Shown piece after piece: positions 38,511 to 51,352 of a DNA stretch of 64,000 nucleotides. Positions within the stretch are counted from its first letter, which is position 1; each line of letters starts with the position of its first letter. The translations under genes were made by a program, and so were the position numbers. Under the pieces are notes generated by a model that saw only the letters and a program-made list of their open reading frames with translations, made no database searches and had not been told where the DNA came from. The stretch lies in contig MU053487.1 of NCBI GenBank assembly GCA_013239625.1, forward strand, positions 310,001 to 374,000, read 5' to 3'. The DNA is from Lama guanicoe. Its lineage: Eukaryota.

Positions 38511-40666
38511 CTAAAGAATAAAATTATTTACATAATTAAAGACATTTTCCCATAATAATATCTAGTAATGAAGAAAAGAGCTCACTATAATTTTCTAATT
38601 GGGTGCGTTTTTTAAGTATTGTTAAATTCTTTAATAATGTATAATCTTCACTTACAGATTATAGTTGCCTTAAAATTAAAAAAAAATACATACTGCTTTT
38701 TATGTGTCACCCTATATACTAACTTTCCTTTAAGGGTAAGAATAAAGTCAAACTAAAAGATCTCCATTCTTAGTTTGATATAATTAGTCCAGTAAAGTAG
38801 GGTTATAAATACGATAATTACCACAGGCATGCACTTGCTCTTAGTTGGTAGTTCCAATTCTAAAATTTCAGTTTTCATGAAATTTAATTTACTCTTAAAT
38901 CTAGCCTGCAGTTTAAAATATAAGCCTAATCTTAGAAACAACAACCCATACAATCTTTTTGACTGACAATGTACTTCCAAAGGGATTAGGGAGAAGATAC
39001 AATATGAGGTAAAATATCTCATCTTTTCATCCTGGACTAAACATCAGATTACTACAGATGTATACGGACAAGTTTACTATTCTCTTTCCTCAGCCAACAA
39101 AATAATTATAATGACAAAATTATTTGAAGAAATACCAATCACAGAACTGGCACTTTCTCCATGTATTTCCTTCTTTAGCTTCACACTCCATTCCTTTCTT
39201 CTCTACCACTACCTCACGCCCCTCCACGAAACCAAGTCACAAAGACCTGTTTCTAGAGCTCTTGAACCAAAGGAGACAATGCTTATCAAAGTGCTTAAAC
39301 AAACTGTCTTTAGAAAAAAACCAAAGTATATTACTAGCAGCTACTTTAGTGTTCTCAAGCAACAGTCTCAACCGCTATCAAATCAGAACCAAGACCAAAC
39401 GTTATCACAAAGGGCTCAGAATCCTTTCTAGTTAAAAGGGGCAAAGTGTAGGGCAATCACAATATAAAGGCTAGCCTCATACAGCCAATATAAAATAAGA
39501 AGAAATATACCGAAGAGTAAGAAGAAATTACAAAATCAAGAAACGAGTGAGGGAAGATAAGAGAATAATTAAGAACAAAAAATAAAACAGAAGCAAAATG
39601 AGAAGTCTAGCTGGCAGAGTGCTAGCATTCTATCAACTTCCTCCAGGCCCCCAGTGAGCCCACAGTTCAGGACTTCTACCCTTCTACAGAGTCTGTTTAG
39701 AGCAGGACACAAAGTTCTCTTGAATAAGAAGTAAACAGAAAGACAGAATTCTTCTTTTTGAAATGGAGAATGTACCCAACAAAGTAATTAGGATAAATTA
39801 AGTATTTTGATACTACCATTCTAAATTACAATGCCACAGTGCCAGAAACCATTTTTATAGAGTACTCTAATTTAAAACTTAAAATACAAAAACATTTCAA
39901 ATATATCAGAGTAAATATGAGACCTTCAAAATGTTAAATCCAGTTGGTTTTGTATCACAAGAAAATGTCATCCATGTAAAACTTCCAAGAAAAAAAATAT
40001 TTCATATCAGAGGTTTAAATAATACAGCCTTTAAGCAGCATAAATATAAAAATGGGATTTTTTTCTTTCTACAAATTCAAAAGTAATAAATAATAATTTT
40101 TAAAGGTAAACTGGCTCAGTAAAATAAAATATTTTATCTAGCGAGTTTTTTTCTAATCCCAAGTGCAAATCATATATGCAATTCCCCAGTCATGGATTCA
40201 AAATCAAAGATACATTTAAAACCTGACTAAATAAATGCATTTAAATGCCAATGACATTTAAACTCCAATGATAAAGCAATGGTGCATGCTCTCCCAAAGT
40301 ATAAATGAATTGGCATAAATTAAAAAATAGAAACACAAAACAAAAGCATTAATGTTTACAGGAAAAAAAAAACCTATGTACTAATTTTATATTAGACATT
40401 ATTAAACACATTGAGCAATTACGTTTTTCCAGCATGAGATGATCCAAGATATAAAGCAAAACTCCAGGATGAAGGATTAAAAAAACAAAAATAACCCACA
40501 TGTATAAATAACACAACCAAACATAAAATGGAGAAGCTACCACAGCTGGCAAATTATACAGATTTGCAAAGAAATTAGCCTATTTTAGTTTCAAATATTT
40601 AATTCCTACTAACGAAAATATTAATGTAGAGATATTTGTGTTACTAGCAAAATGTATAATTCTTAC

Positions 40667-40684
40667 CATCTTCAGATGCTGTTC
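40667..40684 (-). CDS. CLASP2: CLASP2 microexon, 18 nt, GTASED
   Basis: tag|GA, G|gtaaga, phase 1 to 1; matches recalled GTASEDG. Confidence 0.93.
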
Positions 40685-42390
40685 CTAAATAAGAGAAATA
40701 AAACAATAAAATAACATTTCAACAAAATCTGCCAATGCTAATGATAAGAACTTCCTTGCACCTCCCACCCAAGACGAAAACAAAATGGCAAAAAGAAAAA
40801 GTATCTTCTAGTCTCATAGCCTTAAATTAACTTTTAAAAGGTTCATTTTGAGGTAAAACAAAATCTGAGGTAACCTAATGACCCACAGCACCCAAAAAGG
40901 TTAAAACTAGACAACTGAAAATAGCAAAATTCTATAACAAAGATTTTTATATGTTGTATTTCATACTTCAGATTTTAAGTGGTGAAAAAAAATTAGAGAA
41001 ATTAATCACTCAAGATGCAACTCCGCCATGACTCTTCAAATGAAGATTTTTACAGCTCTTTTCAGTGTAATACTTTCTGAGCATTTCCAGAAGGTAGTTT
41101 AGAAAATCTAAATGACAAACCAGGAACCAAATGCATGACCCAGGCCTCATTAACCCAGCATTTTTATCAAAGCATTACAAAGACCTGTTGATCCATCAAT
41201 ATTAAATATTCAAAATCATGTGTGTTCTCTCAGATATCAGGGAAAACTGGCAAAAATAATCAAGTATAAATGTCTTAACTCACTATTACTATAAAAGCAA
41301 TAACGTGTGTGTGTATGTTCGATTTTTTAAAAACACAGGATTAAATTAAACATCAGTGAGAGTCACAAAAAATGTAACAAAGGTGATTCTTCAAATAGGC
41401 TGATGTTTCTGACCCAAACAAGAAAAAATTTTTATCTGGAAAATGAGAATAATTTGTCTTTAAAGGATCCAGAATCTCAGTGTTAGAAGTGATATCGAAC
41501 AGGTTTGAAATATAAAAACTATTCCTTAATGGGCTTTATTTCATTTAATAACTTCTTAACTTTATGAAATAAATATACAGAGAAGCACAGAGACTCATTA
41601 TAAGTAACATTCATTGCCTAACCCAAGATTAAATAAATCTTCCATTTCATCAGAATGGAAGATACACCAATTTCAGAGTTTACGTAATAACTGACAGAAA
41701 AACATATACTATGACTTACAGGTTCAGTATCTTCTCACAAGTTCTTAAAAAAAAAGCTCAACATTATAGTACCTGATGCAGTGAAGGCAAAGTGTGAGTA
41801 ACATGTGGTCTAACATTAGACCAAAAATACCATACAGATAAAAAAATACCATATTGGATGAAGCAACTAGATAAACTTAATACTGAATTAAAAAGGCAAA
41901 GCTTAAAGTAAGTTCAATTTTGATTAAATGTTCATTTAAAGCTTAAAAAAACAGCATCTGCAACTTGCATTTCACTTTCATAAATAACCATATGAATCTG
42001 TAAAACATGTCATTTGTCTCTCTCTGTTATCAGCTGGTAAACTAGAGAGCTGAATCAAATGACTTGTGAGGTTCTTTTCCATTCTTCTGAATCTAGTATT
42101 TCAGAGACAGACTTAAGAAATCAAGAATATTCTAAAAGCTCATAAAAATATTTAAGTTAATTGACTCTACTTACAACAAACAGCAACCTAACAGTTGAGT
42201 AAACTGGAAAACCCAAAAACAGAGATGCCTAACCCAAAATTCAGAGAATTATGCAGCCATTTTCACATTAAGATTGTGCTATTAAATATGCAGTCTATTT
42301 TCAGAAACAAAGAGAATGAACAAAGATATTACACTGAATCCAAGAGCCACAAAAAGTTTCAGCAGTAGAATTAGAAAAGGAAGTTCTTAC

Positions 42391-42414
42391 CATCCATTTT
42401 GTCAGAAGTATCCT
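42391..42414 (-). CDS. CLASP2: CLASP2 microexon, 24 nt, EDTSDKMD
   Basis: Pyrimidine tract with TGC motifs, aag|AG acceptor, G|gtaaga donor; matches recalled EDTSDK(L/M)DG. Confidence 0.93.
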
Positions 42415-42972
42415 CTTTGATGAAAGAGCAAGCAAAGAACAGAAGAAAACTTAGTTATATTAGAAAAAAAATTATCCCTAGAAAACATTATTTTTAAGAA
42501 GACAGAATTCATAGCACAGACATATCTATGAAGTCTGTTTTCACCTACAACATACTAGGAAGCTAAACAAGACGGAAAAAAAAAAAAAGAACTGAATTGA
42601 TGAGTCTGATTTTCAGCAGCCTAGGGAAGGTAGAGAAGTCCAGGTCCCAATCTTGGACCCTGCCCCATCAGGTACACCCCAGCTTGAATCTGTGGAGTTT
42701 TTCCTAATCTAAGAGTCACCCTGCCTTGCTTCCTCTGTAGGCAAGAGGACACCCTCAAATTTGCTCTCTCATCACTATCCTGTCTGCTGCCTTGTTGCTT
42801 CCCCACCCCACTCTTAGTACTTTCAGTCCCTGGAAGACCTGAAATCTGGATAAATCTAACAACTCAATTTCTCTACCCCACTGCTGTAGGTGCCCCAATA
42901 AAGAAAATTATAAAATCACAAAGTCATGCACTACTAGAAACTGGGGTCATTCTAAGGCTTGGCCTTAGTGAC

Positions 42973-43591
42973 TGTGCAAAAAGTGTTAACCTACCAGGCT
43001 TGATGTCACTCTTAAGAAGAACCTACTTATGGGGCTGGCTCTTGGCTGGCCTTTGGAATTTAGTTTTGGATCCTGCTTATATCAAAGATAAGGTTATTGT
43101 GTTTGTGTGTGAGTGTGTGTGTTGTGGGCAGGGGGGAGGGGAGTATTAAATGCTATTATATCAACTTGCCTAGACCACTTTGCAAACACTGTGACTTATG
43201 GTGAACACCTGCTATCTTTTTCCAAGTATGGAATTCTGGTAGTTGTGGCTGGTTGTGTGGCAGGGTGCAGACATAACTACCTCCTTTCTACCCTCCTTCA
43301 CCCTGGACTCAGAGTCTTAAATGAGCTTTTCTGCGCAGAAACATTGCGCACAGGCTCTGCATTCATTGCAGGAGGAAAAAGCATGTTCTGTGTAGTCCTT
43401 CATTTTCACCTCTAGGAGGGATGACTTTGTAAGCCTGTGTGTGAACCTCCAGACTACCCGATGGGTCGTTTCCCTTGCTGATCCTGCTGTGTCCTTCTGC
43501 TATAAAAACCTCAGCCATGAGTACAGCTGAGTCCTGCTAGTTCTGGCGAGTCTCCAAACGTGTGGGTGGGTTGCAGCAGAAGCCCTGAAGA
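42973..43591 (+). mobile_element. Solo LTR, MER68/MER77-like
   Basis: Starts tgtgcaaaaagtgttaac; internal gaacacctgct...ggaattctggt and agccatgagtacagctgagtcctg. Confidence 0.7.
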
Positions 43592-45204
43592 GTGCTCCTC
43601 CTCTTATGCCCCTTCAAAGGCTGTTCTAAACCTCAAGGCCCCTCTCTGATGCCCTTTTTATTAACACATGATCCTGACTCTGACTTCTCAGGAAGTCACA
43701 ACAACCTCCTGATGACATGTCTCAATGCCAACCCAGCCAAAATATATCTGAATCTACCTCCTCCTTTATCTCCATCCCTTCTACCTCAGTGAAATTGATG
43801 ACCCATCCATATCCAAAGCTACCTCTCCAGCTATGCTCTGTACATTCCATTCCTCTTGCCTCTCAAGAACTCTGGTCATAAACTATTTCCTCTCATTCTA
43901 GCATTTTAAATTTTTCCTTCTCCACTGACTCTACTACCTTGGGACAGAAACATATTTAACCCCTCCAACCTTAAAAAAACAAAAAGTTCATTAACCTTTA
44001 ACTACAGATAATTCCTACAATGTTCTTTCATCTCTTCTTGACTGTTGAGCATAGGAGTAATTTACACAGATTCTCCTCCCAATTTCTTCTGTAATCAACT
44101 GGTATCTCTTGTTTCTGTCCACATGACACCACTGAAACCACTTATTTTCATTTCCATTTAAGCATGCCTAGCTGTTGAGAACAAATATTCCTAAATATGC
44201 ATAGCTGTACCAAGGTTTCCTTAACACTAATTCCTGTCTCTCATCACACCAAGCTTCCTCTTTAGGATAAAGTTTTAAACGGTAAACTCATGATATCCCT
44301 GCTGCCAAAGTACTCAGTAGTTCAATGGAGGAAAAACTCAGTGGCAACTGCTTTAAGTAATGTATTCAGTTTAATACTGAAAGATTACAGTAAAAACAAT
44401 TCTCTAATGACTTCCAAATCTACTCTCAAGCACAGATCTCTCCCCTGAGTTCTATGCCACTATATCCCAATGCTACTATACGTATCTCTTTCTCACTATA
44501 CCACTGTGCCTCTGGAATATCTCTAGTTTCGTATCTCAGAGACTACAAACTCAAAATGCATAAAAGTCAACAACCTTTTAGCTGCTTATCCTTTAGCACC
44601 CTACCAATAGACTGACAGACTCTGAATACATAAGCATGTATCTCTGGATCCATAAATGTTCAGCCATGATAAGCAAGGCTCAAAGTAGAAGAAAACAAAG
44701 AACACGTATGTCACATCTGTATAAGAAAGTTGGGGGGTGGACACAAAGAGAGATAGACAGGGAGGGAGGGAAGGAGAGACGGAGAGAGGGAGAAAGAGAG
44801 AAAGAGAGAGAAACAAACAGAAGAAGACATAGAAGTAGAATGAGAAAATCTATCATCTAAGCCCTGTAAAGAGCAGCAGGCTAGTATTACTGCTCCTGAG
44901 TCTGAACCTGGGCTAGATGAAGAACGAGAACAGAGGGACACCTTGCCCTTCTGTATAGAAGCAAACATGCCAGTCAAATCTTAAATAGCCAAAAGAAACA
45001 AATTAAGTCAATCTCAAGATACTGTTACAGCTTTCTCATGACAGGGGAAACAAGGCTGCAAATGGCTTTGTAGTTCATATTAGAACATTTTAAAGTCAGT
45101 ATTTCTTCTGGTACTAAAAAATAAGATATTAAATACAATGTTTTATTTTTAAGACTCAGGATGAATAAGTTTTATTTTTATCTGTTTTCCTTTTTTTCCC
45201 CCAC

Positions 45205-46936
45205 TTAAAAAAATTTAAGTATATTTCATGCGCCATAAAATTCACTCTTTTATAGTATACAACTCAGTGTTTTTAATATATTCACAAGATTGCACAACCC
45301 ACATAAATAGCTAATTCCAGAACATTTCCATTGCCCCCAAAAGAAATCTTGTACCCAGTGATGTCATCCCCTGTTCCCCCGACTCCCAATCCCTGGCAGA
45401 ACACAAACTACTAATTTACTTTGTTTCTTGTGGCTTCACCTATTCTATGCATTTCATTTAAATGAAATCATACAATATGCGGCTGTTTGTGTCTAACTTT
45501 AATAATGTTTTCAAGGTCCACCCACCTCATAGCAAGCATTAGTACTTCATTTTTATGTAATGTTCTCTTCTTTACGGCTGAGGAATACTCCATTCCACCG
45601 TATTCACATACCTGTTTAACCATTCATCAGTTGATGTACATTTGGGTTGTTTCCACTTTTTGGCTATTATGAATAACATTGCTATGAACATTCATGTACA
45701 TGTTCTTATGAGAACATATGTGTCATATGTCTTGGGTACACAGCTAGGAGAGGAGCTGCTGGGTCACATGGTAACTATGTTTTGCCTTTTGAGAAACTGC
45801 CAAACTGTTCCCATAGTGGCTCCAGTCACACTCCTCCAGCAGCGTTATGAGGGTTTCAATTCCCCCATATCCTTGCCAGCATCTGTTACCATCCATCTTT
45901 TTGATAACAGCCATCCTGGTGGGTGTGAGGTATCTCACTGTGCTTTTGATCTGCATTTCCCTGGTGACTAACGATTTTGAGCATCTTTTCATGTGCTTCC
46001 ATTGGCAATTTATATATTGTCTTTAGAGAAATGTCTATTCAAATCCTTTGCTTATCTTTAAACCAAATGTCCTCTTATTCACTAAGTTATAAGAGTTCTT
46101 TTATATATTTGAGATATAAGTCCCTAATCAGATATGTGATTTGCAAATGTTCTCTCTCATTTTATGTGTTGCCTTTTCACTTTATTTGATGGCGCCTTTT
46201 GAAGCACAGTTTTTAATTTTGATGAGGTCCAATTTATCTAGCTTCTCTTTGGTTGCTTGAGTGTTTGGTGTAGTATCTAAAAAAATACTGCCTCATTCAG
46301 GGTCACAAAGACTTATACCTGTGTTTTCTTCAAGAGTTTTATGAAATGACTATAACTCAGTAAAAAAAAAAAGTTTTATGGATTTTGTTCTTAGATTTGG
46401 GTCTGTGATCCATTTTGAGTTAATTTTGGGGGTATGGTATGTGGTAGGGTCCAAACTGATTTCTTGGCATGTGGCTGTTCCAGTTGCTCCATTATCATCT
46501 GTTGAAAACAATTCTTTCCCTACTGCATCGTCTTGGCATCCTTGTTGAAAATCAACTGATCATAAATATATGGGTTTATATCTGGACTCTCAATTCTATT
46601 ACACTGGTCTATATGTCTGTCTTTATGCCAGTACCACCTAGATTTGATTAGTGTAGCTTTGAAGTTCTGTTTTGAAATTGGAAATCTTGAGTCCATCAAG
46701 TTTGTTCTTCTTTTTCATGATTCCTTCTTCTATTCTGGGTCCTTTGCATTTGCATATGGATTTTAGGTTTGCCAATTTCTATAAAAAGGTAGCTGGACTT
46801 TTGAAAGGGATTGTATTGAAACTGTAGGTCAATTTCCCATCTTAATAATATATGTCTTTAAAGAACCTGGGTGTCTTTCCATTTATTTAGATCTTTAATT
46901 TCTTTTAACAATGTGTTGTAGTTTTCAGGGTACAAG
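45205..46936 (-). mobile_element. L1 (L1MA/MB-type) 3' UTR and ORF2 end
   Basis: ORF 45744..45992 (REMQIKSTVRYLTPTRMAVIKK) is the L1 ORF2p C-terminal region. Confidence 0.9.
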
Positions 46937-47835
46937 TGTGAAATAAAACATATATATACCTCCAGTTTCTGGCACAGACCTCCTAACATCCTGATTGATT
47001 TCTTAAGTGATAAGAGCACTAGGAGTACCTCTTGCTCTGATATTTGCCCTTTGATCTTGGTACCTGACAGAGCTCCTAAATCCCCTGGAATTTCCTGGGT
47101 GACAGGAGTGTTCTGGGCCTAATGAGGTCATTCCTGGTGGGCTCCAGGACAGCTTCAGAATGGGGGGTGGTCACCAGAAAGATGAAACCATGATTAGAAA
47201 CCTGGAACTTTCAGCCCCATCTCCCATCCTCTGGGAAGGGGAGTGGGGTTGGAGACTGAGTTAATGAAATTATAACTATGTGATAAAGCCTCCGCAGAAA
47301 CACCAGAAGTACAAGATTCAGAGAGTTTCTGGGTTGTTGAACACACCCACACGCTAGGAGGGTGGCACACTCCAACTCCACAGGAACAGAAGCTCTTGGG
47401 CTTGGGACCCTTCTGGACCTTGCTCCCTGTATTTCTTCATCTGGCTGTTCTTTCATACTCTTTAATACCCTTTGTAACAAACCAGTAATCTTCTAAGTGG
47501 ACAGTTTTTTCAAGTTCTGTGAATTAGCAGTTCTAGCAAAGTTCTAGCAAATTAATTGACCCCAAGGAGCGGGGATAGGAACCCTCTGATTTATAGCCAG
47601 TTGGTCAGAAACACAGGTAACAACCTGGACTTGCAACTGATGTCCGAAGTGAGGACGGAGAGTCTTAACGGACTGAACTCTTAACTTGGGAGGTGGGTGC
47701 TAACTATGGTTAGTGTCAGAATTGAATTGAATTGAATTTTAGGACACCCACTTATTGTCAGAAAATTGCTTGGTGTGAAAAAGCCACACATCTGGTGTCA
47801 GCAGCATCATGTGTGTGAGAGTGGTTTTTCCTAGA
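46937..47835 (+). mobile_element. Solo LTR, MER21-like, nested in L1
   Basis: Starts tgtgaaata; agagctcctaaatcccctggaatttcctgggtga core; the L1 resumes colinearly after it; possible 4-bp TSD caag/gaag. Confidence 0.8.
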
Positions 47836-48465
47836 GAAGTCTTAATATTTCTTTTGTTACATTGAATCCTAAGTATTTTATTCTTTTTGATACTATTGTG
47901 ACTGGAATTGTTCTCTTACTTTCATTTTCCAATTGTTCATTGCTAGCACTTAGAAATACAATTGATTTCTGTAAACTGATCTTGCCTTCTGTAACCCTGC
48001 TGAACTCATTAATAATCTCTAATAGTTTCCTTGTTAATTCCTTAGGATTTTCTATATATATGATTAAGTTTTCTGCAAACAGTTTTACTTCTTTCCTGAT
48101 CTGGATACCTTTTATTTCTTTTTCTCGCCTAACTGACCTGGCTAGAATCTCCATGATAATGTGACTAGGAAGGACAAGAGTGGACATCCTTATGTCATTC
48201 CTGATTTGGGGGGAAAGCATCCAGTCTTTCATCATTACGTATACACTAGCTGAGGATTTTTCATAGATGTTCTTTATCAGGTTCAGAAAGTTCTCCTCTA
48301 TCCTTAGTCTGCTGAGTATTTTTTTAACATGAAATGGTGTTGTAACTTGTCAAATGCCTTTTCTCTATCTATTGAGGTGATCATCTGACTCTTGCCCTTT
48401 ATTCTATTAATATGGTAAATTATACTGACTGGTTTTCATATACTGAAATAACGCTGCATTCCTAG
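47836..48465 (-). mobile_element. Continuation of the interrupted L1 (RT region)
   Basis: ORF 47831..48235 ([28 protein letters not shown]) is a decayed L1 RT. Confidence 0.9.
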
Positions 48466-48512
48466 CAAGGTAATGTTTCTAATAAGAAAAGTTTTATAAA
48501 AAATTAAAAGCA

Positions 48513-48690
48513 TTGTAATGTATAAGAGGTTTTATTTTGGGTGATATGAATGTTTTAGAACCAGAAAGAAGTGGTGCTTGCACAACACTGTGAATATACT
48601 GAATGCCACTGAACTGTTCATTTTAAAATGGTTAATTTTTAGATTGTGAATTTCACAATCTAATTGTGAAATAAATTATATAAATTAAAA
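48513..48690 (+). mobile_element. Short L1MB-type 3' end
   Basis: ttgcacaacactgtgaatatactgaatgccactgaactg; direct repeat aaaaattaaaagca on both sides. Confidence 0.75.
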
Positions 48691-50334
48691 AAAATTAAAA
48701 GCACTAATTAACCCACTGTTGACATCTTTGTCCAGTCCTTTATACATGTATGATTTCATACCAAATGCTGAAATCATCACATATTGTTTGGTACGCCATA
48801 TCATTTGATCTTTCCTAAAAATATAACTTGCTAATGGCTGCAGAGTATATATAAGGATTATACCATAACTTAATCACTCCCTCATTGCTACACATCAAGG
48901 ATTTGCATCTAATAACATCTATTAATAGAAAAATATAATATTTTTAAAATCTTAATACAATTATATAGAAACACTGGATTACTGGCTCAAAACTCTGAAC
49001 ATTTTTAAAAAGCTTCATGGGTATTACTAAAATGCCTCTTAGATAAAGTGTTCCATGATTACCTGACACCAGCACTTTTTAACCACACTCTTTATCAATA
49101 GTTGGTAACTACTGATATCAACTTATTGGTATTAACCATTAAGTTAACATTAACATTAACTTTCTTGTTATATTTACTGGTCTTTCAATTTGCATTTGTT
49201 TGATTACAACTGAGATTCAACATCTGATGTTCTGGGGGCAATTCTGAAATATGCTTTTTGTGATATATGTATGATTTTTCCTATAAAATAAACTCATCTG
49301 TTTGTTCATAGACATAAAAAAACTTCCTGATATTTTAGCTTTTCTTGAAATATGCAGCAAAACCTTTTCACCCTTTTAGTTTTCAGCCACTTGATTTTAT
49401 AGTTTCACACTTAAGATTTCAATCTGAGGGACTTTTCCCTTATGTTTTTTTGGCTTTTATGCTTAAGAATTCCTTCTCCAACCTGAGATTAGATGAATAC
49501 TCAGCTACTATGCTTTCATCAAGTTGCTGTGTGTTTTTGGTCTACTTTTTAGCCACCTGGAATACATTTTTATATGGTGTGAAATATGGTTCTAACTTGA
49601 TTTTGTACCAGATTGCAAGCCACATGTCTCAACACCACTTTCTGAGTAACTTATCCTTTCCTCAATGCAGCTGAGCCAACTTTATCATGTGCTATGTTCA
49701 TACCTAGAATTTTTGCACTTCTTACTGTGTTCCAATGATGTATCTGCCTGCCTAGCATTCCACCAGTAGTACCCAAGAGAAAGAAAAATGAAGCACAAAA
49801 CAGAGATAATTAATATGGATAACTAAACTCAAACTTTTAAAGTTGATGGATATAAAAAAACTCTGAATAATTTTGGGAATGTTATGTTTAGGCTTTGACT
49901 ATGATTAAGCTTTGCAGTTTTCCCAGATCCCCAAAAGGCTTTAACTTCTTGGTCAAGGAACAGAGGTAGGAGAAAGAGAACAGAAAGCTGAGGACAAGAC
50001 CAATGCCCTGCCAAAACTCCCTTAGGAACCAGAAGCTGGATGTGGCAGCAATGAAGAACTGTGGGAGTACCACAGGCTAATCATGGAATCCAGAATTGTC
50101 CTTTGATTAAGATGATGAGGAGGACAACAGGGAAAAAAGTGGAAACAAGGGAGTTTAGATACCTGCGAATGACATTCCAAGTACAGAATCATTAAAACAT
50201 ATGGACTATCCTTGGCTAGAAAGAACGAACTAGAAGTGATAAAAATATCACCATCATCATTCACTGAAACTGATGATGGTTCACTGAGACCATGGAAAAA
50301 ACACTGTACCATCTTCCAGAAGCAGCTGTCTTAC

Positions 50335-50508
50335 CTAGTGATGCATAGGAACCTGCATTCAGGGCCCCTGCACCTAACCGCCCACTTCGCACCGACTGCC
50401 CAGCAGCATGATGTGCCTTGGCGCCAGCAGCAGCGTTCACATCAATGTCACTTCGGGAACGCTGTAGGCTTCCTGGAAGGGAACTGGCTTTGCTGCTGCC
50501 CGCTGATA
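50335..50508 (-). CDS. CLASP2: CLASP2 exon, 174 nt, VSAGSSKASSLPGSLQRSRSDIDVNAAAGAKAHHAAGQSVRSGRLGAGALNAGSYASL
   Basis: tag|TA, G|gtaaga, phase 1 to 1. Confidence 0.97.
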
Positions 50509-51007
50509 CTATGAACACAAAGCAAAGGTAACTTATATAAAACACTGCAAACAGTATAAAAATTATATAAACTTGAAACCACTATCCATGATGACAAATG
50601 GTCAAAAGGGAAGTAGTAGACAAATGGATACTAGAGAAAGTACTTCATAGTATTTTAAAAACAGAATGCCTCTGTTTCAATGCTGTCACAACTAAATCTT
50701 CTTGGACAGTTTTCTCAATATTTCTCTGCCTCATTTTCCCCTCCATAAAATGGGAAAATAACTACACACTGTAAAATTCATAGGACTGTTCTGTAGATGA
50801 AGAGATGATGTTTATGACATGAAAATGAGGCACTATACAAAATAAATAGATGACAGTGGTACAATTTTTTTTATGTATGAGAATAATGCAGGAAGAACTA
50901 GGCTGGGAGTAGGATTATTCAGAAAATAATGCAGGTTCTGCCACTCTTAGACAATGCAAATTAAGTCACTAAATTCCTGGTCTTAGTTTTTCAGTTTTAA
51001 AAATGAG

Positions 51008-51352
51008 GAGTTTTATTTTAAACTATGAGTTATGACCCATTAATAGGCTGTGAAATCAACTGAGTGGGTCATGACAGCATTTTAAAGAAATGAAACCCAA
51101 CAGAAAACAAAGTGCACATCACAAGTAAGGGGAAGCAGGCGTCCTGGAACTCCAGCTTATATATATGTGTATACTTGTATACAATATACTATACAGTATA
51201 TGTATATTGTATGTATACAGCTGTATACACTACACTGTACCTATTATATGTAGTATATGTAAACAACCACAGGTTCAGTGTATATGTATCGTATTGGGTT
51301 ACTAGGTAAAATGATTTTCTGTGGGTCACATTAAAACAGTTTAAAAGCTCCT
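51008..51352. mobile_element. hAT-Charlie-type MITE
   Basis: gacccattaataggctgtgaaatcaactgagtgggtcatgac...ctgtgggtcacattaaaacagtttaaaagctcctg. Confidence 0.6.

Noticed and set aside
41720..41743. 24-nt segment between ttttaag and gtaagt with an in-frame TGA
   Set aside because: Short tract, AAG acceptor and no supporting motifs; indistinguishable from a pseudo-exon.
47831..48235. RT-like ORF
   Set aside because: Decayed L1 ORF2; catalytic motif degenerated (FAEN) and the element is split by an LTR.
50250..50290. TGATGA/CTGA motifs suggesting a C/D snoRNA
   Set aside because: No suitably spaced D box or terminal stem on the host-sense strand; explained by the local inverted repeat.
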